From assembly GCA_016235365.1 (NCBI GenBank), contig JACRLF010000026.1, positions 1 through 46,303 of the forward strand: 46,303 nucleotides of DNA. The letters are read 5' to 3'. Every line of letters begins with the position of its first letter. Within the stretch, counting starts at the first letter, position 1. A program made the translations under genes and the position numbers. The notes beneath the pieces are model-generated. The model did no database searches and had not been told where the DNA came from. It saw only the letters and a program-made list of their open reading frames with translations. Source of the stretch: Deltaproteobacteria bacterium (GTDB lineage: Bacteria > Desulfobacterota > GWC2-55-46). This document shows, in pieces, positions 10,076 through 18,114 of this stretch.

Positions 10076-11176
10076 TTGCTCTACGTGATACTGGCATATA
10101 TCTCGTACCCGTTTGTCCGCCTCGCGTCGAGGTTCTTTCGCAACGGGTCTGATTCGATACTCGTCTTCCAGACCGCTAAGATAGGCGACATTATATGCAC
10201 CACCCCGGTCTTCAGGGAGATAAAGAGGGCGCGCCCCAGGACAAGGCTCGGGGTCGTGGTTGACCCGGTGACCGCGCCGCTCCTGCGGTTCAACCCCCAT
10301 ATCGACGAGGTAATAGAGTTTAAAAAGGAGTGGAAGCGGGGCCTCGGAGGTAAGCTCGCGTTCGCCCGCGAACTGCGCGCAAGGCGCTTTTCCGAGGCGC
10401 TGATACTGATGCCGAATACGGCCAACCTGCTCGGCGCGCTATGGTCCATGGCGTTGAAGAGGGTCGCCGTCTACCCGGACTTCGCAGGGAGGACGCAGAG
10501 GTGGCTGCTGCGCCTCAATACCGACCTTGAATACCATCAGAGGCCGGGGATGGCGATGGAGACCTACCTTAGAAGTCTCAGACACTTCGGCGTCAAAGGG
10601 TACGGGACGGATAAGGAGGTCTACGGTCCCCCCGGCCCCGCCGCCGCTTCGGGTTGCTTCAAAGGGTCCGGCCCCTTTGCGGGCGTGGTCCTCGGCACAG
10701 GCAACGACCTCAAGGACTGGGGTACCGGGAACTTCATCCACCTTGTAAGGCTCATCCTGGATAAGACCGGGGTAAGGGCCGTGGCCCTCTTAGGCTCGGA
10801 TAAGGAGCGGGACAAGGCCGCCCTCGTCATCGATAAGACCGGGGGAGGCGGGCGGGTGGTTGACCTCTGCGGGCGGTTCACCCTCTCCGAGATGCCGGAG
10901 GCGCTGAAAAAGATGTCCGTAGTGATAGGCGTGGACACGGGGCTTATCTATATGGCCGACGCGCTCGGCGTGCCGGTCGTTGATATAGCCGGGCCGTGCG
11001 ACATGGACGACCAGAGGCCCGTTGGCAGGCGCAGCGTCATAGTCCAGAAAAAAGACCTCCCCTGCGTCCCATGCTCGCACACGTTCAAGGCGCCCTACGG
11101 TTGCAGGTACGGCCACAGGGCGTGCGTCAAGGGGATTACGGTCGAGGAGGTCTTTAATGTTTCCTTCGGGGTCTAA
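10076..11176 (+). CDS. Glycosyltransferase family 9 (heptosyltransferase-like), paralogue 3
   Basis: ILVFQTAKIGDIICTTPVFREIK and GVDTGLIYMADALG motifs. The last 8 codons plus the stop are encoded by a repeat module (see findings). Confidence 0.85.
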   Translation: MLYVILAYISYPFVRLASRFFRNGSDSILVFQTAKIGDIICTTPVFREIKRARPRTRLGVVVDPVTAPLLRFNPHIDEVIEFKKEWKRGLGGKLAFARELRARRFSEALILMPNTANLLGALWSMALKRVAVYPDFAGRTQRWLLRLNTDLEYHQRPGMAMETYLRSLRHFGVKGYGTDKEVYGPPGPAAASGCFKGSGPFAGVVLGTGNDLKDWGTGNFIHLVRLILDKTGVRAVALLGSDKERDKAALVIDKTGGGGRVVDLCGRFTLSEMPEALKKMSVVIGVDTGLIYMADALGVPVVDIAGPCDMDDQRPVGRRSVIVQKKDLPCVPCSHTFKAPYGCRYGHRACVKGITVEEVFNVSFGV

Positions 11177-11394
11177 TTCCCCGCCGCTTGCCGCGTGATC
11201 AATACCCTCCCGTCGAGGGAGGGGAAGTATAAGGAGATACCCCGGAGCAAGCTCCGGGGTGGTTAATTGTTCCCTTCCATTGAATATGCATAGCGAGCCC
11301 ATTCCCCGCAGTTTGTTGCGGGGTCAAGCGAGCGAATAGAAATTGTTTCCTTACATATCGAAGATTCCCCGCGGCTTGCCGCGGGGAGCTTCAA
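11153..11394 (+). repeat. Mosaic cluster of hairpin repeat modules, including one long-form composite element (11281-11394)
   Basis: Tandem units, each headed by GTTYCCTT and carrying a CCCCGC...GCGGGG-type hairpin: 11153-11195, 11240-11264 (CCCCGGAGCAAGCTCCGGGG-TGGTT), and 11281-11394. The same modules recur at 18335-18531, 20265-20650, 37210-37330, 37538-37588, 40144-40261 and 42104-42154. Confidence 0.9.
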
Positions 11395-11409
11395 GAGGTC
11401 CGAGAACAG

Positions 11410-12714
11410 ATGCCGTTATTCGACAGGCTCGAATATACTATAGAGAAGTACGGTCTTATAAGCGTGTTCCTAACGGTATTCCTGTTTTTCCAGCCTTTCA
11501 AGGGGTTCGCCGGGGTCAGGAGCACGGCCTTCGTGCTCCTCCTCGCCGCATTTGCCGTCAAGGCCGCGAAAAGGGGCGTCAGGATAGGGTTCAGGGATTG
11601 GACGGTAATAGGGATGCTCCTCCTCGCCGCCGCATCGGTACTGAGCGCAGCCCTGAGCCCGTACGCCTTTGAGAGCTTCGACGCGATAAGGAAGAACCTT
11701 TTTTACCAGGCAACGGTCTTCTTCGTCATCCTGAACGAGTACAGGGACCTCTCAGGCCTGAGGCCGGTACTCTTTTCGATGCTTGCGGGGTTCGCGGCCC
11801 TTACGCTCGTGATATTGCTGACGCGGGACGCGCACGTCCTCATGAACTGGCTCGATTACTCCAACGCCGTCATGAGGGACCCGCTCCTGGGCGGCTATTC
11901 GCTCTTTGCGACGTTCTACGTGCCGCTTGCGTTCGCATATCTCTATACTTCAAGGGAGGGCGTTGTTGTAAAGGCAGCTATGGCGGTATTCATATCCCTT
12001 GAGTCCGCGCTTTCGGTGCTCAACAACCACAGGGCCCAGGTGGTGGCTATCGGTTCCGCCGCGATCCTCATCACGCTCTTTGCGAGGCGCTACAGGACGG
12101 CCGCGGCCATAATCATCGTCGCTTTGGCGGCCGGGGCCGTCTTATTGAATATAAACCCCGGTTCGATGGACAGGTACAGGACGCTCCTCTATGCGAAGAC
12201 CTACGTCTCCAATGAGCACGAGGCATTGAATAACCGCCTCGCCATATGGAAGGGCGCTTCCGACATGATAAGGGAGAGGCCGGTCGTGGGCTGGGGCTAC
12301 GGGTGGAAGAAGATATCGACCGTGGCAAAGGAGAGGTTCCTTGAGAGGTGGAAGGAGGCCCCGGACACGTATGAGTACTTCAATACGAGGGGCTACGGCG
12401 GGGCGAACCCGCACAACCTCGCCCTTCAGATACTCTTTGAGACAGGGGCCGCCGGGCTTATTGCCTTCGTATTCTTCTGGTCGACCGTATTGTTGAAGGC
12501 CGTATCCGCATACGGCAGGGCCGGGGCCGGGGCGGCCTTCCTCAGGTGCGCGGTGCCTGGGGTGCTTCTCTCCTACGCGATAATCAATACCACAAACGGC
12601 CTCTGGGAAGAGGCGATGGGCAACCTTATGATGGCGTTCGCGGCGTGCTGCGTGGTGGTCTACAGGCAGGCGTGCGCCTCCGGCCCCTCCGAGGGGGCCT
12701 CCGGGCAACGGTAG
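11410..12714 (+). CDS. O-antigen ligase family (WaaL/Wzy_C-like) membrane protein
   Basis: 434-aa polytopic protein with a periplasmic loop containing RLAIWKGASDMIRERPVVGWGYG...NPHNLALQILFETG, the Wzy_C/O-antigen ligase signature. Confidence 0.8.
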   Translation: MPLFDRLEYTIEKYGLISVFLTVFLFFQPFKGFAGVRSTAFVLLLAAFAVKAAKRGVRIGFRDWTVIGMLLLAAASVLSAALSPYAFESFDAIRKNLFYQATVFFVILNEYRDLSGLRPVLFSMLAGFAALTLVILLTRDAHVLMNWLDYSNAVMRDPLLGGYSLFATFYVPLAFAYLYTSREGVVVKAAMAVFISLESALSVLNNHRAQVVAIGSAAILITLFARRYRTAAAIIIVALAAGAVLLNINPGSMDRYRTLLYAKTYVSNEHEALNNRLAIWKGASDMIRERPVVGWGYGWKKISTVAKERFLERWKEAPDTYEYFNTRGYGGANPHNLALQILFETGAAGLIAFVFFWSTVLLKAVSAYGRAGAGAAFLRCAVPGVLLSYAIINTTNGLWEEAMGNLMMAFAACCVVVYRQACASGPSEGASGQR

Positions 12715-13755
12715 ATGGAGATAAAGAGCGTACTCTTCATCAGAAGGGACAATATAGGAGACCTCGTATGCACGACCGCCGCGATAAGGGCGCTCCGCCT
12801 CAAGCGCCCGGAATTGAAGGTCGGGGTCATCGTCAACACGTACAACGCCGAGGTCGTGAGGAACAATCCTGACATAGACGAGGTCTTTGTCTACGAGAAG
12901 GGCAAGCACAGCTCGGGCAAGGGGAGGCTCAGGGTCCTTGCCGCCAACCTCGGCCTGTTATTGAGGGTGAGGGCGTCGGGGTATGACGTTGCCATAGGCT
13001 GCGGCTACTCCTACTCGGCGCGTCTCGCCAGGTATACATTCCTTACCGGGGCCGGGATACGTATCGGCTTTGCGCCCCCAGGAAGGTCAAGACGCGGTCT
13101 TTTCTACAACCGTCCGGTCTCCGAGCCGCCCACGCCCATGCACGAGGTGGAGGCGATGATGAGGCTTGTAGTCCCCCTCGGTATAGATGGCCCGCCCCCT
13201 AACATATTCATGAGACCAGACAGTGGAGAGGTGGAGAGGGCCGGGACCTATCTTTCGAGGGCCGGGCTCAAGAGGGGTGAGAGGCTTGTGGCCTTCCATA
13301 TAAGCTCGAGAAAGGCCGTGAACAGGTGGCCTAAGGAGAGGTTCAGGGAGTTGGGGGACATGATATGCGCGGAGTTCCCGGACGTGAAGATACTCCTTTT
13401 ATGGTCGCCCGGCGGCAGCGACAACCCGCTTCACCCAGGAGACGATGACAGGGCCGAATGGATAATGTCAACGATGAGGGAGAGGCCCGTAGCCTTCAGG
13501 ACCACAAGCCTCGCCGAGCTCTCAGCCGCCATCAGCCTCGCGTCCATGGTCGTCTGCTGCGACGGCGGGGCCATGCACATGGCGGCCGCGCTCGGAAAGC
13601 CGATACTTACGGTCTGGGGCTCCACTGACAGAAGGAGGTGGGCGCCCTGGGGGGTGGAGCACGCGATACTCCAGAAAGAGACCCATAAGGCCCATAGCGT
13701 CCATGCGCAGGAGGCATTCGAGGCGTTCAAAAGGCTTTACGGTAGACCGGCATGA
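12715..13755 (+). CDS. Glycosyltransferase family 9 (heptosyltransferase-like), paralogue 4
   Basis: VLFIRRDNIGDLVCTTAAIRALR and CCDGGAMHMAAALG motifs. It starts 1 nt after the ligase stop. Confidence 0.85.
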   Translation: MEIKSVLFIRRDNIGDLVCTTAAIRALRLKRPELKVGVIVNTYNAEVVRNNPDIDEVFVYEKGKHSSGKGRLRVLAANLGLLLRVRASGYDVAIGCGYSYSARLARYTFLTGAGIRIGFAPPGRSRRGLFYNRPVSEPPTPMHEVEAMMRLVVPLGIDGPPPNIFMRPDSGEVERAGTYLSRAGLKRGERLVAFHISSRKAVNRWPKERFRELGDMICAEFPDVKILLLWSPGGSDNPLHPGDDDRAEWIMSTMRERPVAFRTTSLAELSAAISLASMVVCCDGGAMHMAAALGKPILTVWGSTDRRRWAPWGVEHAILQKETHKAHSVHAQEAFEAFKRLYGRPA

Positions 13756-13794
13756 AACGGATAAGCGGAGGCTTGACGGGTTGACATGCGTTTT

Positions 13795-13972
13795 CAGGCC
13801 GCTCAAAAAGCTCCCGACCCATGCTTCTCGCATGGGTACCCCGAGGAGTCGAGGAGTGAGGCAGGGTTCCCATTGCGTCTTTACAATTGCAATGGGAAGG
13901 CGTACTTTTTCCGTACGCCGCAGTGACGAGCGACGATGACGACACCGCAGATGGGGCTTTTTCAGCGGCCTG
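13795..13972. repeat. 178-nt element bounded by 17-nt inverted repeats and containing three internal hairpins (mosaic repeat/MITE-like)
   Basis: CAGGCCGCTCAAAAAGC (13795-13811) pairs with GCTTTTTCAGCGGCCTG (13956-13972) at 16/17. Internal hairpins are CCCATGC-ttctc-GCATGGG, CCCATTGC-12 nt-GCAATGGG and GGCGTAC-tttttcc-GTACGCC. The right arm recurs at 30022-30044. Confidence 0.7.
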
Positions 13973-13986
13973 TCAGGGGATAAAGT

Positions 13987-15102
13987 GTGAAGATAGGGCT
14001 TATAAGGTCTCGATATACGCCTTACGGCGGCGCCGAGGTCTTCCTCGAAAAGTTCATAAAGGAACTCCTCAAGAGGGGGCATGAGATAGAGGTCTTTTCT
14101 ACCTCCTGGTCCGGCGTCGGCGTCACGGTACACAGGATAGCCGTTGCGGGCCCGTCCTTCATAAGGCCGCTCGTATTCGCGCTCCGGGCCGCAAGGGAGG
14201 TGGAAAGGGTGAAGCCGGACGTCGTGGTAAGCCTCGAGAGGACGTCCTGCCAGGACATATACAGGGCCGGGGACGGCTGCCACAGGGAGTGGCTCATAAG
14301 GAGGCGCTCAACGGCATCGAAGGCAAGGCGTCTGGCGATAAGGCTCAATCCCCTGCACGCGACGCTCCTATACCTTGAGAAGAGGCTCTTTTCAAGCGCG
14401 AGGCTCAAGAAGGTCGTTGCCAATTCCAACTCGGTCAAGCAGGATATCATCCGGCATTATGGTTTGCCTGAGGAAAAGATATGTGTTATATACAACGGGA
14501 TAGACGCGATTCCGGGCCTGGATGAGACGCAGAGGCAGAGGATAAGGAGCGGGTTCGGTTTCGGTAGAGACTCCGTGGTGCTCCTGTTCGTCGGGTCCGG
14601 GTTTGAAAGGAAGGGGCTCATATACCTCATCCGCGCCCTCGGCGAGCTAAAGGACAGGGGCGATTTAAGGCTCCTTGTCATAGGCAAGGGGAAGAAGGAC
14701 AGGTATCTCAGGGAGGCGGAGAGGCTCGGGGTCGATAAAAGGGTCGTCTTCGCGGGCCCGGTCAAGGGCGCGAGCGTCCTCTACCAGGCCGGGGACATAT
14801 TCGTGCTCCCCTCGATATACGAGCCCTTCAGCAACGCATGCCTCGAGGCCATGGCCGCCGGACTGCCGGTAGTGACGTCGAAGGTCAACGGGGCCTCCGA
14901 GGTCATGAAGGACGGCGTGACCGGGGCCGTCGTAGAGGACCCGACGGACTCATCCGAGCTGGCGCGCAAGATAGAGTTATTCATAGATAGGGATAGAAGG
15001 ATCGAGGCCGGCAGGGCCGCAAGGGTCGAGGCGCGCAAGTACCCGATAGAGAGGTGCGTCAACGAGTTCCTGAAGCTCGTAGAGGGGCTCAGGCGCATAT
15101 AA
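13987..15102 (+). CDS. Glycosyltransferase family 4 (WaaG/RfaG-like)
   Basis: GTG start. RYTPYGGAEVFLEKF N-terminus and FVLPSIYEPFSNACLEAMAAGLPVVTS GT-B motif. Confidence 0.85.
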   Translation: MKIGLIRSRYTPYGGAEVFLEKFIKELLKRGHEIEVFSTSWSGVGVTVHRIAVAGPSFIRPLVFALRAAREVERVKPDVVVSLERTSCQDIYRAGDGCHREWLIRRRSTASKARRLAIRLNPLHATLLYLEKRLFSSARLKKVVANSNSVKQDIIRHYGLPEEKICVIYNGIDAIPGLDETQRQRIRSGFGFGRDSVVLLFVGSGFERKGLIYLIRALGELKDRGDLRLLVIGKGKKDRYLREAERLGVDKRVVFAGPVKGASVLYQAGDIFVLPSIYEPFSNACLEAMAAGLPVVTSKVNGASEVMKDGVTGAVVEDPTDSSELARKIELFIDRDRRIEAGRAARVEARKYPIERCVNEFLKLVEGLRRI

Positions 15103-15106
15103 AACC

Positions 15107-16114
15107 ATGAGAAGACATCTCAGCCTTAAAAGGGCCGCCACGCTGATAGAGCGGTTTAAACGCGCCCGCATCCTCGTCGTGGGCGACCTTATCATGGACC
15201 ACTTCATCTGGGGCAGGGTTAGGAGGATATCCCCCGAGGCCCCGGTGCCGGTGGTCGAGGTAACATCCGAGAGCCTGCTCCTCGGCGGGAGCGCCAATGT
15301 CGTGAATAACATCCACAGCCTCGGCGGCTCTTCCCTCGTCACCGGCGTCATAGGCGGAGACGACGACGGCAGAAGGCTCGTCAAGGCCCTTAAAGCAAAG
15401 GGCATATCCGCCGCCGGGATAATAGTGGACCCCAGGCGTCCCACCACCATAAAGACCCGCGTCATAGCCCACAGCCAGCAGGTCGTGAGGTTCGACAGGG
15501 AGAAAAAAGACAGGGTCGAGCCGGAGAGCTTCGCCAGGGTCTTGAATTACATAAGAAAGGCCGTTAAATCAGCCGACCTCGTGGTCATATCCGATTACGC
15601 CAAGGGCCTCGTAACCGAGACCCTCGTCGAGGAGACGCGGGATATATGCAAGAGCCTCGGCAAGCCCGTTGCCGTGGACCCGAAGGTGGAACACTTCGAC
15701 TACTACAGGGGCGTGACCGTCGTTACCCCCAATAACGTCGAGGCCTCGCAGGCCTCAGGCGTGGATATAACCGACGACGCGAGCCTGCACAGGGCAGGCG
15801 AGGTGCTCTTTAACAGGCTCGGATGCGGGGCGCTCCTGATCACGAGGGGCGAGAACGGCATGAGCCTTTTCGAGGCCGACTCCGAGACCCATATACCGAC
15901 GGTGGCCAAGGAGGTCTTTGACGTAAGCGGCGCCGGGGATACCGTCATAGGGACCCTCGCCCTCGCGCTCGCCTCGGGCGCAAACTTCAAGGAGGCGGCC
16001 GTGCTGGCCAACTTCGCCGCCGGGGTGGTGGTCGGCAAGGTAGGCACGGCCACCCTTACTCCGGAAGAGCTCCGGGAGGCGGTATCGGCAAGCCTCAGGG
16101 CAAAGGCGAGATGA
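15107..16114 (+). CDS. rfaE1: D-glycero-beta-D-manno-heptose-7-phosphate kinase (RfaE domain I, PfkB family)
   Basis: ILVVGDLIMDHFIWG...RISPEAPVPV N-terminus and the PfkB C-terminal motif DVSGAGDTVIGTLALAL. Only the kinase domain is present (335 aa). Confidence 0.9.
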   Translation: MRRHLSLKRAATLIERFKRARILVVGDLIMDHFIWGRVRRISPEAPVPVVEVTSESLLLGGSANVVNNIHSLGGSSLVTGVIGGDDDGRRLVKALKAKGISAAGIIVDPRRPTTIKTRVIAHSQQVVRFDREKKDRVEPESFARVLNYIRKAVKSADLVVISDYAKGLVTETLVEETRDICKSLGKPVAVDPKVEHFDYYRGVTVVTPNNVEASQASGVDITDDASLHRAGEVLFNRLGCGALLITRGENGMSLFEADSETHIPTVAKEVFDVSGAGDTVIGTLALALASGANFKEAAVLANFAAGVVVGKVGTATLTPEELREAVSASLRAKAR

Positions 16115-16641
16115 AGCCGAAGGGGCACGACCGGGTAAAGCTGATCGCAAGCCTCTTTACCGCCGAGGCGGGGCTCTTCGGGGAGGTCTTGAAGAGGCTC
16201 GAAGACAGGTTCGGCCCAGCGGACCTCTTGAGCGAGCCGATGGAGTTCAGCCATACCGCGTATTACGACTCCGAGTTCGGCGGGCCTATCAGGAGAAAGA
16301 TGGCGTCTTTCGAGCCGCTCATGGAGATAGGGGAGCTTGCGGAGATAAAGCTCTTCACCAACGCCCTGGAGGATGAGTACCTGAGGGAGGGGGGCGGGAG
16401 GCGTATAAACATAGACCCTGGGTACCTGACGCTCGATAAGCTGGTGCTCGCCAGTTGCAAGGACTTCTCCCACAGGATATATCTTAGCGGCGGGGTCTAC
16501 GCGGAAGTCACCCTCATGTACGTGGGGCACGGCTTCACGGCGTTGCCGTGGACGTATCCGGACTACAGGGACGGCCGAATGACCGCGCTCCTGAAGGAGA
16601 TACGCAGGAGATACGCCCATAAGCTCGGCAAGGGGGTTTAG
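16111..16641 (+). CDS. DUF4416 family protein
   Basis: Start overlaps the rfaE1 stop (ATGA). KLIASLF...INIDPGYLTLDKLVLASCKDFSHRIYL matches the DUF4416 pattern. Confidence 0.75.
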   Translation: MKPKGHDRVKLIASLFTAEAGLFGEVLKRLEDRFGPADLLSEPMEFSHTAYYDSEFGGPIRRKMASFEPLMEIGELAEIKLFTNALEDEYLREGGGRRINIDPGYLTLDKLVLASCKDFSHRIYLSGGVYAEVTLMYVGHGFTALPWTYPDYRDGRMTALLKEIRRRYAHKLGKGV

Positions 16642-16642
16642 G

Positions 16643-17389
16643 ATGGCTAAGTCGATGACCGGCTACGGCCGGAGCGATTTTTCGATAAACGGGGGCTCGT
16701 TCTCGATAGAGGTCAAGTCGCTCAACCATCGTTTCATGGACATATCGTTGAGATGCCCGGAGCGGTTCTACCAGCTGGAGGCCCGGATAAGGGAGGAGAT
16801 AAAGAAGAGGTTCTCAAGGGGGTCGTTCTCCGTCTTCATAACCGCCACCTCGGCCGAGGCCCCCGCACTCAAGCTCAATACGGCGGCGGCAAAGGCCTAT
16901 CTCGACGCGGCCGCGGAGCTGAAGGAGACCCTCGGGGTGGGCGGGGAGATAGACGTCGGGTTTCTGCTTAAGATGAAGGAGATACTCTACCCGGAGAGGA
17001 AGGCGGCTGATGACGCACTGGTAGGCAGGGTCGAGTCGAGGGCGCCGGAGGCGGTGAAGGCGTACAGGCAGAGGCTTACCGAAGAGATGGGCAAGCTCCT
17101 CAAGGAGAGGCTGGACGATTCCAGGATACTGCTCGAGGCCGCCGTCTTCGCCGAGAGGAGCGATATAAGGGAGGAGATTACAAGGCTCAGGAGCCACATC
17201 AATATGTTCGAGAAGTACCTCGATGCCGGGGGGCATATGGGTAAAAAGCTCGATTTCCTCTGCCAGGAGATGGGCAGGGAGGTAAATACAATAGGGTCCA
17301 AGGCCGGCGACGTCGGCATAACCCATACGGTGGTTGAGATGAAGGGCGAGGTCGAGAAGATACGCGAGCAGGTGCAGAATATCGAGTAG
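16643..17389 (+). CDS. yicC: YicC-family stress-induced protein (shorter than canonical)
   Basis: SMTGYGR N-terminus and C-terminal DUF1732 motif DIREEITRLRSH...KKLDFLCQEMGREVNTIGSK...IREQVQNIE. It is 248 aa versus about 287 aa in E. coli YicC. Confidence 0.85.
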   Translation: MAKSMTGYGRSDFSINGGSFSIEVKSLNHRFMDISLRCPERFYQLEARIREEIKKRFSRGSFSVFITATSAEAPALKLNTAAAKAYLDAAAELKETLGVGGEIDVGFLLKMKEILYPERKAADDALVGRVESRAPEAVKAYRQRLTEEMGKLLKERLDDSRILLEAAVFAERSDIREEITRLRSHINMFEKYLDAGGHMGKKLDFLCQEMGREVNTIGSKAGDVGITHTVVEMKGEVEKIREQVQNIE

Positions 17390-17434
17390 GGCCGTTGCCG
17401 GCCTTAAAACGGATAAAAGGAACGAAGGACGAGG

Positions 17435-18043
17435 ATGAGAGGTATCCCCTTCATAGTGTCCGCCCCATCAGGCGCCGGCAAGACCACCCTGTGCAAGAAG
17501 GCGGTTGATTTTTTTGAGGATTTCAGGCATTCTATATCCTACACCACGAGGAGGCCGAGGCCCGGTGAGACCGACGGCGTGGAGTACAGGTTCATAGACG
17601 ACGCCGCGTTCGACGCCATGATAGAAAGGGGCGAGTTCATCGAGTACGCAGGCGTCTACGGCAAGAGGTACGGCACCTCTAAAAAAGACCTTGAGGCCCT
17701 GCTCTCCGGCGGCTTCAACGTGATACTCGAGATAGACGTCCAGGGCGCCGATAGGGTGAGGGAGGCCCTCGACGGTACGGTGTCGATATTCATACTCCCT
17801 CCGTCGATAGAGGCCTGCGAAAAAAGGCTCGTATCGCGCGGCAAGGACGGCCCTGAGGATATAAAGAGGCGGCTCAAGATAGCCGAGGACGAGATAAGGA
17901 AGACCCCGGATTACGACTACATAATAATAAACGACGACCTTGAAGAGGCGTTCGGGAGGATGAGGTCGATCATCGTGGCCGAGAAGGCGCGGGCCTTAAG
18001 GATGATGGGGGTTGTGAAGGAACTCTTCGGGGGCATAATGTGA
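17435..18043 (+). CDS. gmk: Guanylate kinase
   Basis: P-loop SAPSGAGKTT, SISYTTRRPRPGE, and the conserved yicC-gmk-rpoZ order. Confidence 0.95.
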   Translation: MRGIPFIVSAPSGAGKTTLCKKAVDFFEDFRHSISYTTRRPRPGETDGVEYRFIDDAAFDAMIERGEFIEYAGVYGKRYGTSKKDLEALLSGGFNVILEIDVQGADRVREALDGTVSIFILPPSIEACEKRLVSRGKDGPEDIKRRLKIAEDEIRKTPDYDYIIINDDLEEAFGRMRSIIVAEKARALRMMGVVKELFGGIM

Positions 18044-18114
18044 TGTTGCATCCGGCGGATGATCCGGGCGATAGGCCGGGTCGGGTTTGAGCCGAATTAC
18101 CAGGAGGTGTAGAG

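Noticed and set aside
11153-11394. CRISPR array interpretation of the tandem hairpin units (also 18335-18531 and 40144-40261); the stems resemble type I repeat hairpins (CCCCGC...GCGGGG).
   Set aside because: The units are of different sequence classes, not one repeat. The inter-unit 'spacers' (about 20 nt) are too short and are themselves conserved between loci. The copies are dispersed singly and in both orientations. No cas genes or leader are present in the window.
13795-13972. A riboswitch or structured cis-regulatory RNA within the LPS operon.
   Set aside because: Its arms and one hairpin recur at an unrelated locus (29980-30044). It resembles the other mosaic repeats, and I recognise no known riboswitch core. 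It is kept as a repeat finding instead.
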